DNA of 45,637 bases from a virus, in IMG/VR virus record IMGVR_UViG_3300045988_028519. The stretch is one strand, 5' to 3'. Position numbers and translations under genes: made by a program. Shown piece after piece: positions 23,622-31,165 of this stretch. Position 1 is the stretch's first letter. Each line of letters begins with the position of its first letter. The notes beneath the pieces are model-generated. The model worked only from the letters and a program-made list of their open reading frames with translations, was not told where the DNA came from and searched no databases.

Positions 23622-23989
23622 TCTTCGTCCCTCCCAATAATCTCGATCTCCACCCGCGGATTTTTTGAATCTACATAAAAGTGATCTTCAAACCCCGCGA
23701 TGTTTTTCCAACCGTCATTCTTGAGATACCGCGCCTTAACAAGCGCATCCTGAATAACCTTGCGCCCGAACGCGCAAATATTATCCTTATCCCTCCGCCG
23801 GTCTTTCTCGTACCAGCGATAAATCATGTACACCGGCTCTTCAAACTCCGCACCACCGAGCTGTCTTGCCGCGTGCATCACAACGGTTTCGCACTGCTTT
23901 TTCAGCCGCGCCCCCTCCTGCCGGTGTCGTCTCTCCGCCTCGATCAACTCATTCAGTCCCGGCAGCGGGCCTTTGATTACAAATTTCAT
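23618..23989 (-). CDS. rusA: RusA-like Holliday junction resolvase
   Basis: EKDRRRDKDNICAFGRKVIQDALVKARYLKNDGW parallels E. coli RusA [28 protein letters not shown]. Confidence 0.75.
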   Translation of the reverse strand: MKFVIKGPLPGLNELIEAERRHRQEGARLKKQCETVVMHAARQLGGAEFEEPVYMIYRWYEKDRRRDKDNICAFGRKVIQDALVKARYLKNDGWKNIAGFEDHFYVDSKNPRVEIEIIGRDEE

Positions 23990-24711
23990 CCTTCACCTCT
24001 GCTGGCTTTCACTCGTGCCGCCCACTCGTTTTCCCAGTCGTGGGCGGCGGGCGCACCGTCAAACATCGGCGTATCTGCTTTGGGTTTCTTCGGCTTGTCT
24101 CCGATTCTGTCCCAAATGATACCCTTCCAACCTTGCGACATACTCAGCCGGATAACCTCGGCTACTGCCTGTTCTCCGTGCTGCTTTACGCGGTTCTCTA
24201 TCATCGTGAGAAGGTTTCTGAGACCAGTTGGCTCGTATGCATCCCTGCGCTCCTTCTTGTATCTAATCCAATCTTGAACCGCCGAACATACCGGCTCCGA
24301 GAATCGTTCTGTTAGGTCGAGTTTCTTATCGGCTTCTTGGACTTTGGGCTTCGGTTTAGGCTTCGGCGAACATTTTGCCGGTGTCGTCACTTCGTCGCGT
24401 TCGGTGCTCTGGTACTCGTCGTACTTGCTGACCGTGATAACTGTATAGTGCCGATTGGTTTCCACCGTGATTTCGCCGGTCTTTTTCAGTTTACCGAGCG
24501 CCGTCCGTACCTGTTGCACAGACAGTCCGCTTTCCGCCGAGAGTGCCGCGTAACTGGTCGCAAACGCACCGCGTGGAATCTCTATGCCCTGCCACTCACA
24601 ATCCTTGTAATTAGCTCTCAGCAGGACATGCAGCCACAGTTTACAGGTGGGGAGGTCTTTGTACCATCCCCACTCCGTAAGCGCACGGTGCAGCTTAATG
24701 TGCCCGTTCAT
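23986..24711 (-). CDS. Replisome organiser / replication initiator (winged-helix N-terminal domain)
   Basis: The N-terminus reads MNGHIKLHRALTEWGWYKDLPTCKLWLHVLLRANY..GLSVQQVRTALGKLKKTGEI. It sits next to SSB. Confidence 0.6.
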   Translation of the reverse strand: MNGHIKLHRALTEWGWYKDLPTCKLWLHVLLRANYKDCEWQGIEIPRGAFATSYAALSAESGLSVQQVRTALGKLKKTGEITVETNRHYTVITVSKYDEYQSTERDEVTTPAKCSPKPKPKPKVQEADKKLDLTERFSEPVCSAVQDWIRYKKERRDAYEPTGLRNLLTMIENRVKQHGEQAVAEVIRLSMSQGWKGIIWDRIGDKPKKPKADTPMFDGAPAAHDWENEWAARVKASRGEG

Positions 24712-24722
24712 TCCCCATCACC

Positions 24723-25112
24723 TCAGAACGGAACGTCCGAATCTTCCTCCGGCATATCCGCAAAATCGCTGTTCTCCTTCGGCTTGCCCTCGTTCTTGCC
24801 TCCGCAGAAGTCGATGCTTTCGCACTGCACTTCCCACGAGCGGCGCTTATTGCCGTTCTTGTCCTGCCAGTCGCGGCTTTCCAAACGGCCGGAAACAATG
24901 CACATATCGCCCTTGTGGAACCATGTGCTTGCGTGCTCCGCCAGCTTGCCCCACAGGACAACGGAACAGAAGTCGCTCTGATATTCTCCGTTGTTATCCT
25001 TTCTGCTGCGTTGTACCGCAATCGTACCGCTTGCTACAGCCGTATTAGACTGCGTGTGTCGCAATTCCAAATTATCTGTTAATCTTCCTTGTAAAACGAT
25101 CTTGTTAAGCAC
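24723..25112 (-). CDS. ssb: Single-stranded DNA-binding protein
   Basis: OB-fold pattern MLNKIVLQGRLT.. with an acidic C-terminal tail ending in DVPF. Confidence 0.9.
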   Translation of the reverse strand: MLNKIVLQGRLTDNLELRHTQSNTAVASGTIAVQRSRKDNNGEYQSDFCSVVLWGKLAEHASTWFHKGDMCIVSGRLESRDWQDKNGNKRRSWEVQCESIDFCGGKNEGKPKENSDFADMPEEDSDVPF

Positions 25113-25677
25113 TTGTATTCCTCCGTTTGTTGCATTTTTTCAATCCATTATGCAATTTCGCATGCTCTGATCGGGTCAGAACCACGATATTTTCTGGATT
25201 GTTGTTTGTCTTATTGCCGTCAATGTGATGTACAATGTCCGAAGATGTCAGCTTTCTTCCGTATTTCTGTTCAGCTACAAGCCTATGTTCCAGCACAAAC
25301 CCGTGTTTATCTGCTAAGTGGTTGTCTGGTCGATATACAAGAATATACCCGCTTGAGTGTTTCTTTCTTCCTCCGGACCAGTGATAATTTTTATCTCCAG
25401 CCATTGCTTCTCTCAGCTTTTGTTTGGTTTCATCTGACATCTTGCGTCCGTACGTCGGGCACAAGCTACCGGTTTTCCCAATGTGCGGATGTTTATGATT
25501 TTTCCACAGGAATTTCACGCTTTCAATTCGCGTAGGAACTCTCATGCCTGCTTTTTTCATCTCTCTTGAGAGTTTTTGTCGCTCAATTCCGATTTCGTTC
25601 TCAAGCATTCGCAAGCTCGCGCCTTCCGCAATCCGGGTTTCGATGTATTTCCGATATTTTTCTAAATCAACTTTCAT
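25105..25677 (-). CDS. HNH homing-type endonuclease
   Basis: The motif is DIVHHIDGNKTNNNPENIVVLTRSEHAKLH. The start at 25677 overlaps the upstream stop (ATGA). Confidence 0.8.
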   Translation of the reverse strand: MKVDLEKYRKYIETRIAEGASLRMLENEIGIERQKLSREMKKAGMRVPTRIESVKFLWKNHKHPHIGKTGSLCPTYGRKMSDETKQKLREAMAGDKNYHWSGGRKKHSSGYILVYRPDNHLADKHGFVLEHRLVAEQKYGRKLTSSDIVHHIDGNKTNNNPENIVVLTRSEHAKLHNGLKKCNKRRNTSA

Positions 25678-25979
25678 CTCCCTGTCTCCTTGGTATACTT
25701 CTGGTTTTTCTCGTCCCAGAGTGGATACATGCTTTGCAGGTACTCCCGCATTTCCCGCTTGATTTCCTTGCCGTCTCCCTGGTCCATTTTCTTGTGACAC
25801 TCCGGGCACAGCATCACAAGGTTTGTCGTGATACCCATGCCTCCGCGTGCTCTCGATACAAAATGGCACGCCTGCAACACGCCGCCCCTTCCGCAGTGGC
25901 GGCAAATTCCGCCGTCCCGCTCCCAGCATTCCCGCCAAACGGCGGGGCTGATGCCCGTGAACTTCGTCTGCCGCCTCAT
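25674..25979 (-). CDS. Small HNH / zinc-finger nuclease-like protein
   Basis: The motif is CRHCGRGGVLQACHFVSRARGG..NLVMLCPECHKKMD. The start overlaps the upstream stop. Confidence 0.6.
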   Translation of the reverse strand: MRRQTKFTGISPAVWRECWERDGGICRHCGRGGVLQACHFVSRARGGMGITTNLVMLCPECHKKMDQGDGKEIKREMREYLQSMYPLWDEKNQKYTKETGR

Positions 25980-26512
25980 ACACCGCGCTCCTCCGGTTTC
26001 CACTTGCTCAACCAGCCGATTACCGTGCTTTCCGGTTCGGTCTCAATGCCCTGCTCCTTGCAGTCCTGCACGATCAGGTTGATAAGCCGTCCCATCTGTA
26101 AGGTGTTGTAGGTGCTCGACCCGTAGAAGCACATCAAGTAACCGCCATTGCAGTCCTGTGTCACCCAGCCGAGCCCTTGCTTCTGCCATAACTCCGCGAT
26201 AAAGTCGCGCTGCTGACCGTTGACATACGGCACAAGTCGGTAATTCTCCCCGATTTCGGGGATGTACTGTCGATAGACTTCCTCCCGCTTGATTCCCAGC
26301 TTTGCAGCCAGTTTTGACAGCATTTGCCAAGCATAGGCATTGGCCCGCCCGGAACGCTTGTCGTACTTCTTCTTCACCTCGGCGATATAGGTCTTGCCCT
26401 CTTTCATCTGTTCGCACTCCGCCCGCGCCATAGGCGCGTTCTTGATGTGCAGACACAGCCAGTTTCCGAGGTCATTGTGCACTACCTGCGCACGGTCAAA
26501 ATCATGCGTCAT
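25976..26512 (-). CDS. NinB/Orf-like recombination mediator
   Basis: RSGRANAYAWQMLSKLAAKLG and YGSSTYNTLQMGRLINLIVQDCKEQGI parallel lambda NinB RSLDQNRKLWACLGDV and GQSTSRMRVGEFAELLELIQAFG. Confidence 0.5.
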   Translation of the reverse strand: MTHDFDRAQVVHNDLGNWLCLHIKNAPMARAECEQMKEGKTYIAEVKKKYDKRSGRANAYAWQMLSKLAAKLGIKREEVYRQYIPEIGENYRLVPYVNGQQRDFIAELWQKQGLGWVTQDCNGGYLMCFYGSSTYNTLQMGRLINLIVQDCKEQGIETEPESTVIGWLSKWKPEERGV

Positions 26513-27149
26513 TGCTCATCGCCTCAATCTGTTTCAGCTTGTCGTTCAACTCAATCAACGCGGCATTCATCTTTACAATGTCGCCCGCATCCGCCTTGTA
26601 CTGCTTTTCCCAAACAGCTTGTGCATTTTCCTTACTGCCCGTTACCTTAACAAGCAGTTTCTTGACCTCGTTCGCCTTGGCTCTAACAGCCTCCACAGCC
26701 GGGTTATCTGTATGCTTGCTCTTCGGCGTTACCTCGTGCACCTCTGCGTCCGGGTCTTTCATTTCCTCGGTCGGAATGCAGAACACCTGAAAGCAGGCAT
26801 ACTTGAACGCAATGCTCATAGCCTTGTTGGTTGCCTTGTCGCCGCTGTCCATGCCCTCGCCGATTACAACGCACTGTACATTGCTACCATCCTTGGCATA
26901 AAACGTATACCGCACCGTGCACACCGAGTAAATCAGGTTCGTGCCGTTCTTGGTCTGCCGCTCCTCGCGCTTCTGGTCGATGATCTCCGGCACAACAAAC
27001 AATCCGTGCTGCACCATAACCGGTTGCAAAGCGTTCATAACGTCGTCAACACCGCGATACTTAAACCCCTGCTGTGTGTTACGCTTTTCTTTTCCGATTA
27101 CGCCAATATCGGACATAACGCCGATAATCGCCTGATAGATTTCCGCCAT
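26502..27149 (-). CDS. ERF-family single-strand annealing protein
   Basis: The pattern is FKYRGVDDVMNALQPVMVQHGLFVVP..NKAMSIAFKYACFQVF. Confidence 0.75.
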   Translation of the reverse strand: MAEIYQAIIGVMSDIGVIGKEKRNTQQGFKYRGVDDVMNALQPVMVQHGLFVVPEIIDQKREERQTKNGTNLIYSVCTVRYTFYAKDGSNVQCVVIGEGMDSGDKATNKAMSIAFKYACFQVFCIPTEEMKDPDAEVHEVTPKSKHTDNPAVEAVRAKANEVKKLLVKVTGSKENAQAVWEKQYKADAGDIVKMNAALIELNDKLKQIEAMSNDA

Positions 27150-27150
27150 A

Positions 27151-27639
27151 TCACTTCACCTGCAAATTCATGTTTTCTACCAGCTCCGCGCCCGGTACGG
27201 CCTCACCGGATTTCAGCAACTTGCCGATTGCCACCTTGTCCGGCTTGCGGTCGATAACCACCTTGCACAAGTCGTCTGGAACCATTACGTCGCTCGTAAT
27301 GTTCACCTGCATACTCTTGCGGAACGACAGCGCAGCCTTCGACGTGCTGATCTTGTCTTTGCCTACAGCAAGCATACTGTCCGCAAGGTGCTGCTTCATG
27401 TACTCCATGCGCTTCTTGGTCGCATCCTCTCGCGCTTTGAGGTTGTCGCGCTCGTTCTTGAGCGCCTTAACCTCCGCGTCAAGGTTCTTGATGGTGACGG
27501 CATACGCCTCGGCCTTGTCCTCAAACGCCGCGTCCAGGCCGTCTACAGCCTCAAAGCCGCTGACCTCGCCGGTCTCCGGGTCTACCGTGATAGCCTGCAT
27601 TGCAGTCGCAAATTCCTGCGTCAATTCGTATAAATTCAT
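27151..27639 (-). CDS. Siphovirus Gp157-like protein
   Basis: The product starts MNLYELTQEFATAMQAI.., has a central coiled coil, and continues KISTSKAALSFRKS.. It sits beside ERF, as is usual for this family. Confidence 0.6.
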   Translation of the reverse strand: MNLYELTQEFATAMQAITVDPETGEVSGFEAVDGLDAAFEDKAEAYAVTIKNLDAEVKALKNERDNLKAREDATKKRMEYMKQHLADSMLAVGKDKISTSKAALSFRKSMQVNITSDVMVPDDLCKVVIDRKPDKVAIGKLLKSGEAVPGAELVENMNLQVK

Positions 27640-27854
27640 GGTTCGTCCTCCTGTTCAAAGTCCTGCACAGCAATCCGTAAATCAAGCAAGAAGTCCTTAA
27701 TCTCGATGCTGAATAGGTGTTTGTAATCCTCCAGATACAGCCCGATAGCTGTTTCCGCATCGCGCATATCCTGCAACCGGTTAAGTCGCTCCTGATCTGC
27801 CCTCTCCGGCGGCTCTAACGCCCGCTCGGGGCATCCTGTAATTGCATCACGCAT
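27636..27854 (-). CDS. Hypothetical acidic early protein
   Basis: The start at 27854 overlaps the upstream stop (AATGCGTGA). Confidence 0.5.
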   Translation of the reverse strand: MRDAITGCPERALEPPERADQERLNRLQDMRDAETAIGLYLEDYKHLFSIEIKDFLLDLRIAVQDFEQEDEP

Positions 27855-28113
27855 TGCGCAGCGCCTCCAAAACGTCCTCATCACACATGATTTCCGTTTT
27901 CCCGTCTTTCGTTCTCACCCATAGACCATCACCTGTGCGGGTGTAATATTCCTTCGCTCCGGTAATCATTCCACCCTCGATGTTCATCAGCCAAACCGAA
28001 GCGGTACATCCCCGCGTAGAAACATTCATGCCAATGCTTGCAACCACTTCGCTACCCTGCTTTCCAAGAACCAGATCAAGCAGGCTGTGGAACAGCTTCT
28101 TGTCTTTTGCCAT
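27847..28113 (-). CDS. Hypothetical early protein
   Basis: 88-aa ORF in operon context. Confidence 0.55.
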   Translation of the reverse strand: MAKDKKLFHSLLDLVLGKQGSEVVASIGMNVSTRGCTASVWLMNIEGGMITGAKEYYTRTGDGLWVRTKDGKTEIMCDEDVLEALRNA

Positions 28114-28201
28114 TGCGTTTTCCTCCGTTCGGTGCTATAATCACCGTGTAATGTTTTGCATGCCGCTGATTGGGTATCCTACCACCCGTCAGCGGCTTTT
28201 C

Positions 28202-28483
28202 TCATGCCTGTTCCGGCATCTCCAAATTCCCACTGATCGGTGCAAAGCACTGCGGGAAAGTGTTGCCGTAGATATCTTTCAGCAGCACAAACCGCCATCC
28301 CATGCGATCTACGGTCTTAACCTGCTGTGTCGGCGGCAGCTTTGCCATCTTCTCGCAGCGCTGTTCCAGTTCGTCCAGCGTGCAAACATCCTCCGGCCGA
28401 AAGTCCAGCCCGTCCTTCTTGCGCGGTGCAAACCGCATCACTCTCTCGGTATCAAACACCGAGCCATTGATTTTTACAATCAT
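28202..28483 (-). CDS. Hypothetical early protein (93 aa)
   Basis: The ATG after GGAGG overlaps the upstream stop (ATGA). The product starts MIVKINGSVFDTERV... Confidence 0.55.
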   Translation of the reverse strand: MIVKINGSVFDTERVMRFAPRKKDGLDFRPEDVCTLDELEQRCEKMAKLPPTQQVKTVDRMGWRFVLLKDIYGNTFPQCFAPISGNLEMPEQA

Positions 28484-29115
28484 TTGATTTCCTCCCACAA
28501 GAATGACCCGTGCGAAGCGTTTCTCCACTGACCGATGCCGCGCAGCGCGCCGTAGTCCAACCACTCACGAACCGCTTTCTCGTGGTTCTCGTCCAGCAGC
28601 AGAACTGTAAGCTCGCAGGTCGTGCCTGCCGGTACTTCCTCGCTGGAACTTAGCGCCACCCGCTCGCCCTGTGCCGTCTGCGCACGCAGCGGACGCTGGC
28701 AGATGGTAATGTCCTTGCCCTCCGGCAGTTCCAGCACAATCTTTCGCGGCTGCACGAAAATCAGTCCGTCGATTACCTTCTTGTACGCCGTCAGCTTGCC
28801 GCTCTCGTTTACCGCCTTTTTCTTTTTCCCGGTTTCGGGGTCCTTGCCGGTCAGACGCGCCAGCATCGAGCAGGCGTCTTTGAAAAACCCCTTTACCTGA
28901 TAGTCGTATACGACCGGATTGCCGTCCTCGTCACGAGGGAATACCGTCGTACCACGCTCTACCACAGCGTCACTGCCTAGCGCCGCGACTTCCTCCGGCA
29001 GCGTTGCCGCGTCCGGTGCCTTACCGCCGATAAAGCGGGTGTAGATTTCCTCGTCTGCCGGACTGGTGCCCAGCAGGCTTTCGGTGAATGTCAGCTTAAT
29101 ATTCAGCTTCTTCAT
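28480..29115 (-). CDS. Conserved early protein of unknown function
   Basis: 211 aa. The C-terminal loop is GIGQWRNASHGSF. No confident family assignment. Confidence 0.6.
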   Translation of the reverse strand: MKKLNIKLTFTESLLGTSPADEEIYTRFIGGKAPDAATLPEEVAALGSDAVVERGTTVFPRDEDGNPVVYDYQVKGFFKDACSMLARLTGKDPETGKKKKAVNESGKLTAYKKVIDGLIFVQPRKIVLELPEGKDITICQRPLRAQTAQGERVALSSSEEVPAGTTCELTVLLLDENHEKAVREWLDYGALRGIGQWRNASHGSFLWEEIK

Positions 29116-29615
29116 GTTTTTTTGCCCTCCTGTTTTTTCTGTTTGTCATTGTGTTGCTTCGCCATTCCCTCGCAGAACTTTGCTCCGTATCGCCATGCCA
29201 TTGCTTTGCCTTGGCAGTTCTCTGCTTTGCTCAGTTGCTCTATGCTCTGCCCTCGCAGTGCGTTGCGTCCTATGCCTCTGCTCTGATTTGCTCCGCCTCG
29301 CCTTGCCTTTGCCATGTTCAGCGTGTCCACGCTTAGCTGTTGCTCTGTTCTTCTCAGCCTTACAGTGCTATGCCCTCGCTACGCTCGGTGATGCTATGCC
29401 TTTCCGTTGCAACGCTGATCTTCTTCGCGCTCTCGCGCATTTGCAAGCCGTACTTAGCAGCGTTCATCGCCTTGCCGATGACCCGTGTCTGCATCGCCTT
29501 AACCGTCAGCGTTTTCTTTCTGCTGTTTGTCATGTCCGTATCATATCCTCTCTCGCGCCAGAATCGACGTTATTCGCTTTTCTTCACGTCATGCGTGTAA
29601 TTTCATGCCCGCAGT

Positions 29616-29849
29616 TCAAAATCGATTGTGGCGCATTTTCGCGTAACGTTCATGCTTCTGCTGTTCATAGGCACACAGCAACATGCTTGCCCTTGCGGCT
29701 ACAAATCCGACTGCCAGCAGCGCCAGCATGATAGCCGCACCGCTGAACAGGTCAATGCGGCCATTCTCAGTCATGCCACCAGAGAGCAGGACACCGAGGA
29801 AACACATTCCTGCAAGCCAGCCACAGCGTTTGTAGGTCATTGGTTTCAA
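29616..29849 (-). CDS. Small membrane protein (two TM segments)
   Basis: The hydrophobic segments are CGWLAGMCFLGVLLSGG and FSGAAIMLALLAVGFVAA. Confidence 0.55.
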   Translation of the reverse strand: MKPMTYKRCGWLAGMCFLGVLLSGGMTENGRIDLFSGAAIMLALLAVGFVAARASMLLCAYEQQKHERYAKMRHNRF

Positions 29850-29880
29850 TCCCCTTTCGCAGTTTCTTGTAACCCTCGAA

Positions 29881-30088
29881 CGTAGTGAGAGGGTTATTCT
29901 TTTCTTTCTTTCTTAGAAAGTTAAATTAATATATATTCGACCGTAGGGAGAATATATATATACTTCTTTTCTTTCTTTGTTACTTTCTTTCTTACGCCTC
30001 GGTGTGTTGATGGTTTGTTATCGGTCTGTTATCGGTTTGTTGATTGTGTGTTATCTGTGTGTTGATGGTCTGTTGTTAGAGTGTTATC
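29881..30088. repeat. Origin-like block: duplicated CGTAG-GAGA..TTCTTTTCTTTCTTT segments with a (TA)n core, then eight TGTTnnn iterons at exact 11-bp spacing
   Basis: The iterons start at 30005, 30016, 30027, 30038, 30049, 30060, 30071 and 30082 (TGTTGAT/TGTTATC/TGTTGTT). Confidence 0.7.
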
Positions 30089-30323
30089 TAACATTGCCGA
30101 TGCGACGCTTTGCAATGTCACTTGCAACGTCGCCCAAATAGTAAACTACCCGTCTCTCACCGGGCACCCTCGGTGCACCGATAATCTTCTTTGCCGCCCG
30201 TTTATCCCGAAATCCGTATACTTTAGCCGCCTGTTCAAGCGTTAAAAGTACGGCTCCCGGAAAGAGCTGTTCAAGGTCGTTTTTGACCTCCCGCCGCAAG
30301 GCTTTGTATGTTCGTTCCTCCAA
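30084..30323 (-). CDS. Small winged-HTH DNA-binding protein (excisionase / MerR-like HTH_17)
   Basis: LLTLEQAAKVYGFRDKRAAKKIIGAPRVPGERRVVYYLGDVASDI fits the Xis-type HTH-plus-wing pattern. Confidence 0.45.
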   Translation of the reverse strand: MEERTYKALRREVKNDLEQLFPGAVLLTLEQAAKVYGFRDKRAAKKIIGAPRVPGERRVVYYLGDVASDIAKRRIGNVR

Positions 30324-30343
30324 ATTTGCACCTCCGTTCTGTG

Positions 30344-30382
30344 TGTTAGTTGCCTGTTAGTTGCCTGTTAGTAGACTGTTAG
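30344..30382. repeat. Four TGTTAG iterons at exact 11-bp spacing upstream of the wHTH gene
   Basis: TGTTAG occurs at 30344, 30355, 30366 and 30377. Confidence 0.8.
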
Positions 30383-30458
30383 CTGCGCGCTGGCTTTCCG
30401 CTGCAACTCCGTGCCGTGCTTTGTCGTTCGCAGCCCTTGCGCTTACACGCTCAAATGT

Positions 30459-30487
30459 TTGCTTTCTTATGCATAAAGTGGTATAAT
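30459..30487 (+). promoter_or_regulatory. Near-consensus sigma-A promoter, antisense to the early operon
   Basis: TTGCTT (30459-30464), a 17-nt spacer ending in TGG, then TATAAT (30482-30487). Confidence 0.65.
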
Positions 30488-30561
30488 GCAAATGCCCGAT
30501 ATGGGTAATTCGATATAAGGGAGGTCATCACCTTGACCAAACTTTTGAATTACCCCGCACC

Positions 30562-30825
30562 GTGAGTTTGCACTCGTGCCTGCGTACCCACCACCGCTGG
30601 GATAGCGTAAAAATCCTTGTGGTTACGGTAGTCTTGTACGCCTGCAAAACTGTATTTGCGTGGGTCCCCTGCTGCTGTCATCAGCACAAGAAATACAATG
30701 CGTCACAGAAGCGCTGCTGCAACAGTGCCCGAAAGGTGCAACGCATTCGCGGTAAACATTTGGCTGTTATAAACTCGGTTTGCAGGCCGGGTTTATTTCA
30801 CCGCGGGAACTCAACTTTAAGTTGA
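30562..30825 (+). CDS. Possible Cys-rich small membrane protein (87 aa), preceded by a 10-codon leader ORF (30533-30565)
   Basis: GGGAGG plus 8 nt precedes a TTG mini-ORF (MTKLLNYPAP) whose TGA overlaps the GTG start (GTGA). The ORF has a hydrophobic segment ILVVTVVLYACKTVFAWVPCCC. I counted 52 of 87 third positions as G/C. Confidence 0.35.
   Translation: MSLHSCLRTHHRWDSVKILVVTVVLYACKTVFAWVPCCCHQHKKYNASQKRCCNSARKVQRIRGKHLAVINSVCRPGLFHRGNSTLS
30811..30825. promoter_or_regulatory. Operator copy TCAACTTTAAGTTGA at the convergent 3' ends of the Cro-like gene and the 87-aa ORF
   Basis: It contains the same 12-mer as the two sites in the switch intergenic region. The arms TCAACT/AGTTGA are inverted repeats. 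Confidence 0.55.
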
Positions 30826-31029
30826 TGCGAAGCACAAAAAAATTTCACCTACCGGAATACCGGTAATCTCAGCAATCTGCTTTGCCTGTGCAACAGTTGC
30901 TTCCTCTGGGTCTTTCTCGATTTTGCGGTAAGTATCACGAGAAATGCCCATTTTTTCTGCCATTTCCACCTGTTTAAGCCCAGCTGCGATGCGCGCTAAC
31001 TTTACTGTGTACATCATTTTTTTCTTCAC
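30817..31029 (-). CDS. Cro-like XRE-family HTH regulator
   Basis: 70 aa. GLKQVEMAEKMGISRDTYRKIEK is a classic XRE HTH. The gene is divergent from the repressor gene. Confidence 0.7.
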   Translation of the reverse strand: MKKKMMYTVKLARIAAGLKQVEMAEKMGISRDTYRKIEKDPEEATVAQAKQIAEITGIPVGEIFLCFAST

Positions 31030-31049
31030 CTCCTCGCTTCTGTGATTAT

Positions 31050-31078
31050 AGTATACTCCACTTTAAGTTGAGTGTCAA
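31050..31078 (-). promoter_or_regulatory. Early (PR-like) promoter
   Basis: The minus strand reads TTGACA (31078-31073), a 17-nt spacer, then TATACT (31055-31050). One operator 12-mer lies in the spacer. Confidence 0.65.
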
Positions 31079-31092
31079 GAACTTTAAGTTGA
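31060..31092. promoter_or_regulatory. Two operator 12-mers ACTTTAAGTTGA
   Basis: The copies are at 31060-31071 and 31081-31092, between and within the divergent promoters. Confidence 0.7.
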
Positions 31093-31110
31093 TTTTTTTA
31101 TGTTTTTCTA

Positions 31111-31139
31111 TTGCAATGCTCAGCCTGTAATGATATACT
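31111..31139 (+). promoter_or_regulatory. Repressor (PRM-like) promoter
   Basis: TTGCAA (31111-31116), a 17-nt spacer, then TATACT (31134-31139). Confidence 0.6.
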
Positions 31140-31165
31140 ATATTCAAACAAGAGGGGGTGATAAA

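Noticed and set aside
25105-25983. 292-aa form of the HNH endonuclease ORF (and the 26003 start of the neighbouring ORF)
   Set aside because: The N-terminal 102 codons overlap the 25674-25979 gene in another frame. The internal ATGs at 25677 and 25979 each overlap the upstream stop as ATGA and give proteins of standard length.
28480-29115. RAMP/Cas-like protein (the C-terminal GIGQWRNASHGSF resembles a glycine-rich loop)
   Set aside because: It rests on a single short motif remembered from RAMP families. There is no CRISPR context, and the evidence is too weak without a profile search.
29112-29330. 72-aa ORF MDTLNMAKARRGG...
   Set aside because: The sequence is low-complexity and purine-driven and has no RBS. 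Only the ATGA overlap with the next gene speaks for it. It is left unannotated and mentioned under the strand-biased tract finding.
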